Assembly (NCBI RefSeq): GCF_009914755.1 | Contig: NC_060944.1 | DNA from: the human T2T-CHM13v2.0 reference genome, Homo sapiens | Reading direction: 5' to 3' (one strand) | DNA: 64,000 nucleotides | Part shown: positions 1 through 13,119 of the stretch, piece after piece | How the letters are laid out: each line of letters opens with the position of its first letter | Position numbering within the stretch: position 1 is the first letter of the stretch | Made by a program: the position numbers and the translations under genes | The notes under the pieces: generated by a model | What the model saw: only the letters and a program-made list of their open reading frames with translations | What the model was told of the DNA's origin: nothing | The model's database searches: none

Positions 1-288
1 CCTCTCTCAGCTCCTGAACTGTGGATAGAGATGCCCACAATCCAGCAAATACTTTTTGCCTTCTGGATTCTTTGTTCAGGGTCTTTGTGCTCAGTGTAGC
101 TTCCTTCCTAAGTAGTTAATAGGTCCCTCTTCTGCTGATCTCTTCTCTCCCCTTCCCCCAATTGCCAGTGGTAAGAAGTATGAGGTTCCTTAACATAGCA
201 CACTTTTCTGCTGTTCCAGGTGCTTCTCCTGCTGTTCCTACTCTTCTTCCCCTACCTCTCTCTGTACCTAGCTCCTGTTTCAGTCACC

Positions 289-1025
289 AAGGTTTGGGGT
301 GCAACTGATTCTGTCAACAAGTATGGAGCATAGTACCCCCAAATTAGTTTTTCAACCTTGTCCCTTCCCAACCTTCCTCATCTAGTAGTCCCCAATGTCT
401 ATTGCTGCCATCTTTATATCTATAAGTACCCAATGTTTTTTTTTTTTTTGAGTACCCAATGTTTAGCTCCCACTTACAAGTGAGAACATGGAGTATTTGG
501 CTTTCTGTTCCTATGTTAATTCGCTTAGGATAATGGTTTCTAGCTATATCCATGTTGCTTCAAAGAACGTGATTTCATTCTTTTTTATGGACACACAGTA
601 TTCCATGGTATATATGTACCACATTTTCTTTATTTAATTCACCATTGGTGGGCAGCTAGGTTGATTTGCTATTGTGAATAGGGCTGCAGTGAATCTACAT
701 ATGTACATACATTCAGTGGAACCATTTATTTTCTCTTGGATATATACCCAGTAATGAGATTGGTGGGTCAAGTGGTAGTTTTAAGTTCTTTGAGAAATCT
801 CCAAACTGCTTTCCCCAGTGGCTGAACTAATTTACATTCTCATTAACAGTGTATAAGTGTTCTATTTTCTCCATAGCCTTATAGCCAATGTGTGTTGTTT
901 TTGTCTTTTTAATAGTAGCCATTCTGACTGGTGTGAGATGGTATCTCATTGTGGTTTTGATGTGCATTTCTCTGATAATTAGTGATGTTGAGCATTTTTG
1001 CATATGTTTGTTGGCCACTTGTATG
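289..1025 (-). mobile_element. L1PB-type LINE-1 3' fragment (ORF2 C-terminus plus 3'UTR)
   Basis: Antisense L1 3'UTR text (tttagctcccacttacaagtgagaacatg); ORF 827-1018 (-) is an L1 ORF2 C-terminal peptide ([26 protein letters not shown]). Confidence 0.9.
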
Positions 1026-1282
1026 AAAGTGACCAGTTTTAAATGAATGTGTCAATATAAAGTTTTCCTCCTGGTTCACAGTGTTTTTCTTAAGAGTATT
1101 GCCTTTTTTTCTTGAAAAAGAGAATAAAACTTGGTATTTTTTTTCCCAGACAAATCCTAAACCTTAAGTTTGGGAAAGCACTGTGGTCTTCTCCTTACAT
1201 TGTATTTCTGTATTAAGACATGAATGTATTTTGTCTATAAACTGATTTATTTCTCTCATCTATCAATAGCTAAACATAATTT

Positions 1283-1435
1283 ATCTTCTTTTATGTCTCT
1301 CTCTCCCCACCTTTCCCCCATCATCCCTTCTTCTACCTCTTCCCTTTTCTCCCTACTTTTCTGCTTCTCTCTTACCATTTTTCTTCTCTCTTTCTCTCTC
1401 CTGGACCCTCTGATTTTCTCACTTGCCCTTCACTA
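1283..1435. repeat. CT-rich low-complexity tract
   Basis: Almost pure pyrimidine on the + strand. Confidence 0.7.
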
Positions 1436-2637
1436 ACTATGCTCAAAGAAGTTAAAAACTGAGGTCGGAGATGGTTTTTGTAAAGACTAATAATTCTGAT
1501 GCAGGACTAAATTAAAAATAGGGTTCTTACATGAGGTTTGAATTAGAAAGTTGTGTGGATATTGTCATGTAACTTCTTCTAGTAACCTGTTCTATTGCTT
1601 ACATTTAATAAATAAAAGCCAAGCTATGACTTAAAAATCTTATCCCGTAATCAAAGTAAAGTCTGTGCTATTGTTATAGTGAGTGTTATACAAAAGCAAG
1701 TCAGTGTTAGTCATTTACTTTTGGAATTATTATCTTTCTTCTAAATGCAAGCAGTACTTTTTCCCTCAGCAGACTTTAAGTGTAAATAACTAGAGATAAT
1801 ATAAAAATATTAGGAAGAAGGGATTGATTATCTCTCATTTTTGATTAGTACAGATACAGAATTTTATTTTTCTTTTTTCTTTCTGAATTTTCTTCCTCCC
1901 TTCTGGATTTTTATCTTCTTTCGGCTTTCTTTTAAAGAGAATACTTCTTTGCTGGAATCAATTCAGATAAAAAGGTAGTAGTTTTTTATTGGTTAGGGAA
2001 ATTTAGTAATAAAAAAGAAGAATGGGAAAGAGAGAGATAAGAAAAATGATGAGGAATCTAGTCAATTATGAATTTACCAGTACAGGAAAATATAATGGTA
2101 ACATGGATATCTTCTGTTTCAGAAGAGCAGGCAAGGATTGGGGGTTACATGCCTAATAGTGATTCCTGCAAGTCAACTTTTCAAAATAGCAACATAGTGG
2201 AGAATTCTGCTGAATGATATTCTTAAAAGCATAAGGCCAGTATTTATCATTCAGCACCAAATAATTACAGATAGCTTTCTTCCCAGAGGAACAGAAGAAG
2301 TAATGTGCTAGTAAATGCACTAATTCTGTATCTGGCCTGCTGTCTGTCACTTCATGATAGTAGAAGAGTTGTGGAGGAAAGACGTTAAATCATTTGAGAT
2401 GTTTTTGGTGCTATCTTGTATCTACTAGTCAAATTTTACATTACACATTATGCACTTAAAGGGCATAAGTTTTAAAGATATTTCAATGATGTTCTGCCTA
2501 GTGTAGATTTTTTTCTGTATTGTGTAAGTTCCTGACTTGAGGTTGTGAAACCTTAGCTTGAGGGTGACAATGAGGTGAAGAAGAGATGTCTATGAACCTG
2601 ATTTTGTGTGTATAGTATTTTGTGTGTTCTACTACAG

Positions 2638-2698
2638 AAGGTCCATAGGTTTTATTCCAAAACCTAATAAAAATAGAAACCTGTGCTATGAGACCCAG
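2638..2698 (+). other. Candidate 61-nt cassette (poison) exon
   Basis: Acceptor ttttgtgtgttctactacag (NAGNAG CAGAAG), donor CAG|GTAAGA, unique sequence. Length is not a multiple of 3, and two of three frames contain stops. Confidence 0.3.
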
Positions 2699-2890
2699 GT
2701 AAGAATTTGGCATGGAAATGTTAGCCAGGCAAATAGAGAAAAGATACATTGTTTTCATAGACTCAGCCACAAAACTGTGCCTTCCCCCTCTGATCTCAGC
2801 CGCTTACTGTAAAGAATGTTACCTATAAGTATTGTATTTTGATTTAGATTCCCATGTTTTTGAGTATAATTGTAACCAATTTTATGGTAA

Positions 2891-3363
<473 letters not shown>

Positions 3364-3605
3364 TGTTGTCTTGTATCTTAACACTCATTTTTAAGTCATT
3401 AATTAACTAAGCTACATACTTTATGTGTATTTCTCCATGTTTCAGAGATACTTTGGCTTAATAAAAAATATTTTTAAAGAGTCTTGTGGTTTTCTTTTTT
3501 AAAAATCAACTAAAATATCTGATCTATTAAGCAGAATTTATCATTCTGTTAACACAATCTAGTCTATCATATTTGACAGTAGTATTTCTCTAGTGCTTTG
3601 AATAA

Positions 3606-3968
<363 letters not shown>

Positions 3969-5621
3969 TCCTCTACAATTTTATTTTAGTATTATTTATT
4001 CTCAATTAGTCCAGGTACTGATGCTTGTATTATGACCATTAATATATAATCTTGGCAACTCTTGTGTTTCTGTTGGTAAAACATTTTCATGGATTCTATC
4101 ATAATGTGATCATTTTTACCTATCGTTAAGCAGTTTTTCATCATTGTATGCTTACATTAACTTTCCATTCTGTGTTGACAACCTTTTAATGTTAACCAAA
4201 CAACTAAATTTACTTTGATCATAAATTTAAATTGGGATGAATGGGTAGTTATAGATAAAAAATAAATTAAATGTTATTATAGATAGATGTCAATAATCAA
4301 CTCTTCATTTTCTGATTGAATTGAAATGTACTGCTAAGGTTATAGTTACGAAAACCAAGGAAAGTACATTGGGGTTTTCTTGGTGCCAGCATAGTGTTTG
4401 AGAAGAAAGTTCTAAGAATAGCAAGAGGAGGAGTGATGAATTTAGCAAATCTTTCATTAGTAGTAAGGTGTGATTGCTTGAAAAGAAAACAATCTTTTCG
4501 AGTGAGAAATAAAAACAGTGGCAGGAGTATATATAGAGAAAAATCCAATGCAAAACCGTCCTAGTGGGTGTCAGGTAACCCTACATGCTTTAGTACAATT
4601 AAAATAGGAATGTTCAAAGTGTAAAGAAACAGTGGAAAGAGAAGTCCATCTGGGAACACTGAGAGGGAAAGATGCCCAAAGTTTCAGCTGTTTTGTGGTC
4701 CTTGGGGCCTTCTGGGGCTACTGGTTTTACAGTTCCAAGAGCATATTAAGATTTTTTTCAGATACAACCAATGTTGCAGCTATTAATGAGAACAAACCAT
4801 ATTAACATTATTATTTTGATCCTCAAAGGAAACAATACAAATGCCTCAGCAAGTGCTTTCTGATTGTGTAAAACTGAAAATAATTAACTGGAAAATGATC
4901 AAGGAGTGATTTTCAAAAAAGATGTGATATATATGTTCTGTAATTGGCAAAAGCGAAAATAATCGTATTAAGTTGAGAAAAAAAGTCCTTGATTAAAAGA
5001 CATTCACCACGCCATTTAAAACATTTTGCAAAATTTTAGTTTTATGTATGTTATTTTTAAATCAGGTTCATATAACAAAAAGAAGCAAATGTTTTAATAA
5101 TATATTTATGTAGTATCAGAAAGGAAGAAGACTCCTCTCCCATTTATTTTTCCTGCTGACTCTTGTTTTAAATTCTAATTTCAACACCCTTTGCCAGTTT
5201 GGAGAAATGATTTGTCAGCTGCTCTGTGAAGAACACTAAAATGCGATAGGAATATTTTAAATGCACAAGTACTGAAAGGAAAGTGCAGGCGTTTCCCAAG
5301 ACTTTGAACTGATGCTATGTTGTTTCTTAACAGTGTTAGATCTACTAAATATTTAAAAGGCTTTTAAAAGATAAATGGCTTTTTTTCATTCCTCATGGTG
5401 CTGATGACTTGGTTGTGTCTGATTTTTAACTGATGTCATCAGTATTGACTTGAAACATTTCATGGGTCCTTTTCTCATTATTCCTGACGAGTGTACTGGG
5501 CAGCTTTTGTTGCTGAATGATAATTTTTTATCTAAGGAGAATACCAGCAACAAAGGGAAATTCCATGGGCACTGAAAATGGAACCTGCTGGAGTAGGTTC
5601 AGTATGTAATTTAGTAATACC

Positions 5622-5938
5622 TTTTCTTTTCTTTTTTTTTTTTTTTGAGACGGAGTCTTGCTCTGTCACCCAGGCTGGAGTCCAGTGGCGCAATCTCGGA
5701 TCATTGCAAGCTCCGCCTCCCGGTTCATGCCATTCTCCTGCCTCAGCCTCCCAAGTAGCTGGGACGACAGGCTCCCGCCACTACGCCCGGCTAATTTTTT
5801 TTTTTTTTTTTTGTATTTTTAGTAGAGACGGGGTTTCACCATGTTAGCCAGGATGGTCTCGACCTCTTGACCTCGTGATCCGCCCGCCTCGGCCTCCCAA
5901 AGTGCTGGGATTATAGGCGTGAGCCACCGCGCCCAGCC
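5622..5938 (-). mobile_element. AluY
   Basis: Full dimer, CpG-rich, Y diagnostics; TSD tagtaatacctttt. Confidence 0.95.
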
Positions 5939-6089
5939 TAGTAATACCTTTTTAAATTTTATCAGTGAGCTCTGCTGTAGTTCCTGGAAATTCTGGTGTC
6001 ATATTCCTTTGTGCCTGTAGCTGTTCATCTTCCCTTGGGCCACAAGCCTGTATAATAACTCATTTCACTCTGATCTTTGGAAACACTGT

Positions 6090-6235
6090 GTGAATCTCTA
6101 TTTTAGCATTTATAATGCATGTCATAATTATTTGTTTACATGAAACTCTCCCTTGCCAGAATGTGAGCTCCTTAAGGATGAGAACTAAGTGCTTTTTTCT
6201 TTGCATCTCACCAGCACTCAACACTGGGTAGAAAG
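6090..6235 (+). mobile_element. L2 3' fragment
   Basis: Degenerate match to the L2 3' end (agaatgtgagctccttaagg...catctcaccagcactcaacac). Confidence 0.6.
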
Positions 6236-7103
6236 AAGGGAGCCTTGGGGAAGCCTCTTGGATGTGTGTTTCGTAGTTGAAATCTCTGTTAATTTGAGTT
6301 AGAGTAAGAGTACTTTGTTTTGACTTGAAAGTCCTAGTGAGAGTCATTCCTTAATCAAAATAACTGATACATGTATATATACACACATATATATAACTCA
6401 TATATACATGCATTTATGTAGACCTTTATTTGAAATATATATGAAACATAACATAAGTGAAATATATAAATGTATATTTGAAATTGTAATCATAAATATA
6501 TCTGTAATAACATTCAAATTGAAGAAAGATAATTGGCTCAAAAATCAGTTAAAAATTTCTTCCGAGATTTCTACTTTTATAAGTCGTATCTTTTCATGTA
6601 TATTTTACTTTTTCTGTACAATTAAATGTTGTTATAAATACCTTCCCATCGGTATGCTATTTCACGTATAGATTGATTATCTGTGGTATAAGGAATGTCA
6701 CAAATTTCAAAACTTACTTTTTTGCCTTTTTGAAGTATTTGACTAGGGAATCCACAGACATGACTGATTAAAAGGGATTATCAGCTTTCACCTAATTCAA
6801 CTTTAAGCCTTTAGTCTGGCTTTATTTAAACAAGTCAAGATAAATGTGTTCCTGGCTTTTTTAATCTTAAAATAGGAAATTCATTTCCTCTTTAGTAATG
6901 CATTTTACTATGTTTTATTAGTTTTTTTTCTGTTGTGGTTAAACTCATTTTAGAAAACTTTTAAAATTCAGGATACCCTTTTCTATGAAAACAAGCAGAA
7001 TTAATTTCTATTATTAATAATCAGCCTATAAAAGTTATCTATCATTTTGTTATCTTAATATTTAATTATAAATATCAGTTTTTAATTTACAATGGCTACA
7101 TTA

Positions 7104-7403
<300 letters not shown>

Positions 7404-7586
7404 TCACTATGCCAATGTGGGAGTTATGATCATCTCTGTTTTTAAAAATTATCTATGCAAGCATGGGGCATAACCTTTGTTATAGCTCTTTCACTGCATT
7501 TTTTGGCTCTATTTCCCAAATAAAATAGAGAAACAATATTTTAAGGAATGTATTGTCCCCTTAGCTTTCTTATTTTGCCTTTTCAG

Positions 7587-7604
7587 GAACTATTTGCGTT
7601 TGCG
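7587..7604 (+). other. Candidate 18-nt frame-preserving microexon
   Basis: ctttcttattttgccttttcag|GAACTATTTGCGTTTGCG|gtattg; UGC at -11 to -9; open in all three frames; two CpGs; repeat-free flanks. Confidence 0.45.
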
Positions 7605-10135
7605 GTATTGCTTAACTATGAAATGCTAGAATTCATAACCCACTATCTTCATTTCCTCCAGGCTAGTAGCTTAATAACATGAAGAAAAATTGATTCTTGT
7701 AGTACCTAAAATGACATTTTCTGCCTACATAACCTGTTAATCCAGTTTTGAGTTCCCATTACATTTTCATCGTCAGTGGCAAGCCAGATTAATTTATAGT
7801 ATAATCATTCAAAAAGTTTAGTTTACAGATTTTAAAGTTGCTTTTCATATCAATTTTATTTATGCTGTTTTTATATTTAAATTGCTTTCTATGTGAGTCA
7901 TCCATGTAATTTTCATCCAAACTGAAATTAACCTTTGCGTAATTTCTGCTTTCTTGAAACTACTTTTTCTTTTGATGATTAAATATTGTATGATTACTGG
8001 AGTTGGTGATTGCTAACTACTGAGAGTCAGTGTCTAAAGCACAGTTTCTGACTGGCATAAATGAAACTACTTTGCAATAGTCAATGTAATTTCACTGTAA
8101 GGGTCATTGTGAGCAGATGGTTTTCCATCCTGCAGGATTTTAAATCTTGAATTCTACAGAGTTTGATATTTTGCACATTACCAGGAGTTTACCATTAAAG
8201 TCATGGATTTCAAGTGATCCAACTCTTCTAGCTTTAAGAGAATATTAATTTATGCTGCTTTATGTTCCAATTCTTGAAAGAAACTGGTATTTAGATGAAA
8301 TTAGGTGATTGACTTTTAGACTGGGCAAAATTAAACTACAAAGGATGGCTTAAAAAACTGAGAATGGAGCAAGTGAGGCTCCCTATTCATGCTATGAGAG
8401 TCTGTTTTTGGACTCCTTAGAGCAAGGTATAGTAGCGCTGAATTCTTTCATGAATGCCACCTCCTTTTTTTCTCTTTCATCCTCTTTTTCAAAATTGATA
8501 CATAAAATTATACATATTTATGGGGCACATGCAAAATTTCATTACATGCATGAATGTGTAATGATCAAGTCAGGGTGTTTGGGGTATCCATCATCTTGAG
8601 TATTTATCATTTGTATATGTTGGGAACCTTTCAAGTCCTCTCTTCTAGTTACATTGAAATATATAACAGATTGTTGCTAACTATAGTCACCCTACTCTAC
8701 TTTTGAAAATTAGAACTTGTACCCTCTAACTAACTGTATATTTGTACCCATTAACCAACCTCTCTTCATCCCCCCTCCCACCCACACATCCTTCTCATCC
8801 TCTGGTATCTTATCACTTTACTCTCTACCTTCATGAGATAAACTTCATGAGTAAAGTTCATGAGATAAATTTTTTAGCTCCCACATATGATTGAGAATAT
8901 GTGATACTAGTTTATCTGTGCCTGGCTTATTTCACTTAACATAATGACCTCCTCTTCAATCCATGTTGCTGCAAAAGACATAATTTCATTCTTTGTTATA
9001 GCCAAATACTATTCCATTGTGTATAGCCACATTTTCTTTATCCATTCATCCATTGATGGACACTTAGGTTGACTCCATATCTTTACTCTTGTGAATAGTG
9101 CTGGAATAAACATGAGTGCAGGTATGTCTTCAACATATGGATTTATTTTCCTTTGGATAAATACCCAATAGTGGGATTGCTGGATCATATGATGGTTCTA
9201 TTTTTTAGATTTTTAACAAAAATCTACTATTTTCCATAGTGGCTAGACCAATTTACCTTCCATCAACAGTGTATAAGAGTTCCTTTTTCTGTGTATCCTT
9301 GCTAGCATCTGTTCTTTCTTTGTCTTTTTAGTAATAGCCATTCTAATTGGGGTAAGATGATAGGTATCTCATTGTGGTTTTGATTTACATTTCCCTGATG
9401 ATTAGTGATGTTGAGCATTTTTTCATATACTTGTTGGTCATTTGTATGTCTTCTTTTGAGAAATGCCTATTCAGATCCTTTATCCACTTTTTAATGGGAT
9501 TATTTGTGTTTCTCAAACTATTGAGTTGTTTGAGTTCCTTGTGTATTATCTTGCATATTAGTTCCTTGTTGAACGAGTGGTTTGCAAATATTTTCTCCCA
9601 TTCATCTGCTGTCTTTTTACTCTTGTTTTTCTTGCTGGGTAGAAGCTTTTTAGTTTCATGTAGCTTAATGTCTCTATTTTTTGTTGTTGTTATCTGTGCT
9701 TTTGAGGTCTTAGGCATAAAATCCTTGCCTAGACTAATGTCCTGAAGTATTTTCCTTATGTTTTCTTCTAGTAATTTTATAGTTTTGGGTCTTGAGTTGA
9801 TTTTTGTATATGTATGGTAAGAGATAGGGGTCCAGTTTCATTGTTTTGTGTATGGATATCCAGTTTTCCCAGCACCATTTATTGAAGAGGGTGTCCTTTC
9901 CCAAAAGTATGTTCTTGGTGCCTTTGTCAAAAATCAGTTGGCTGTAAATATGTGGATTTATTTTTGGATTATCTATTTTGTTCCATTGATCAATGTGTTA
10001 GTTTTTATACCAATACCATGCTGTTTTGGTTTCTATAGCCTTTTAATATATTTCTAAGTCAGGTAGTGTGATACCTCCAGCTTTGTCGTTTTTGCTCAGG
10101 ATTGCTTTGGCTACTTGGGCTCTTTTTTGGTTCTA

Positions 10136-10490
<355 letters not shown>

Positions 10491-12337
10491 GAAAAATAAC
10501 ATTAGTATTTTTGTAGGCATTGCATTGAATTTATAGATTGTTTTGGGCATTATGGTCATTTTAACAATATTAATTCTTCCCATCCAAGAGCATAGGATAT
10601 CTTTCCATTTGTTTATGTTCTCTTGAATTTCTTTCATAGTTTTATAGTTTTTCTTATAGAGATCTTTCACTTTCTTGGTTAAATTTATTCTTAGGTATTT
10701 TTTTGTGGCTATTGTAAATGAGATTGTCTTCTTGATTTCTTTTTCAGCTAGTTTGATATTTATGTATAAAAATGCTACTGAGTTTTGCATGTTGATTTTG
10801 TATCCTGTAACTTTACTGAAATTATTTATCAGGTCTAAGAGTTTTTTTGGTGGAGTCTTTAAGTTTTTCTAGATATAAGATTATATCATAGGCAGAGAGG
10901 GGCAGTTTGACTTCCTTTTTTCCAATTTGGATGTCTTTTCTTTGTTTCTCTTGCCTGATTGCTCTGGCTAGGATTTCCAGTATTGTGTTAAATGGGAGTG
11001 GTGAAGTGGACATCCTTGTCTTGTTCTAGTTCTTAGAGAAAAGGCTTTCTGGTTTTCCTCATTGAGTATAATGTTAGCTGTGGGTTTGTCATATATGGGC
11101 TTTATCATATTGAGTTGTGTTCTTCTATGCCTAGTTTGCTGAGAATTTTTGTGATGAAGTGGTGCTGATTTTTATCAGATGCGTTTTCTGCATGTGTTGA
11201 GATTATCATGTGGTTTTTGTCCTTTATTCTGTTGATGTGATGTGTCATGTTTATTGATTTGTATATGTTGAACTATTCTTGCATCCCTGGGATAAAGCCC
11301 ACTTGAACATGTATATTGTTTTTTTGATGTGCTATTGGATGTGATTTGCTAGTATTAAGATGAGGACTTTTACCTCTATGTTCATTAAAGATACTGCCTG
11401 TGGTTTTCTTTTTTTGTTGAGTCTTTCTCCGGTTTTGGAATCAGGATAATGCTGATCTTATGGAATGAATTAGAGATAATTCCCTCTGCTTCAGTTATTT
11501 GGGGTAGTTTGGGGGAAAATTGGTGTTAGTTCTTCTTTGGAAGTTTGGTAGAATTCGGCATTGAAGCCATTTGGTCCCGGACTTTTCTTTGTTGGAAAAC
11601 TTGTTACTACTGACTCAATCTCATTATCTGTTTTTGTCTGTTCACATTTTCTGTTTCTTCCTCATTCAATCCAGGTAGGTTGTATGTACCAGAAATTTAT
11701 TAATTTATCTCCTCTAGGTTTTCTGGTTTGTTATTATATAGCTGTTTATAGTAGTCTCTGATGATCTTTTATATTTCTGTGGTATCAGTTGTAATGTCTC
11801 CTTTTTCATTTCTGATTTTATTTGGGTCTTTGCTCTTCTTTTCTGTGTTAGTATAGCAAGTAGCTTATCAATTTTGTTTATCTTTCCAAAAACAACTAAA
11901 TTTCCATTTTGTTGATCTTTTATATGTTTTTTAGTTTCTGTTTAAGTTCTGCTCTGATTTTTATAATTTTTTCTTCTCCTAATTTTGCGTTTGTTTTTTC
12001 CTGCTTTTTTAGTTCCTTCAGGTGTATTTTCAGATTATGTATTTGAAATCTTTATACTTTTTAAAAATTTTTATTTTATTTTAAATTCAGAGGGTATGTG
12101 TGCAGGTTTCTTATGTGGATATATTGCATAACGTTTGGGTTTGGGCTTCTGGTATTTCCATCACCCACATAGTGAACATTGTACCCAATAGGTAATTTTT
12201 AAACCTTCACCCCCTTACACCCTCTCTCCTTTTGGAGTCCCCACTGTCTATTATTTCCATCTTTATGTTCGTGCATACCCATTGTTTAGCTCCCACTTAT
12301 AAGTGAGGACATGCAATATTTGATTTTCTGTTCCTGA

Positions 12338-13119
<782 letters not shown>

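Noticed and set aside
5401-5487. C/D-box snoRNA-like motifs (TGATGA...CTGA...TGATGT...CTGA)
   Set aside because: C box lacks the leading purine, there is no convincing terminal stem, and no rRNA or snRNA guide is recognisable.
7972-8051. Second C/D-box-like arrangement
   Set aside because: Imperfect C box and no terminal stem; expected by chance in AT-rich DNA.
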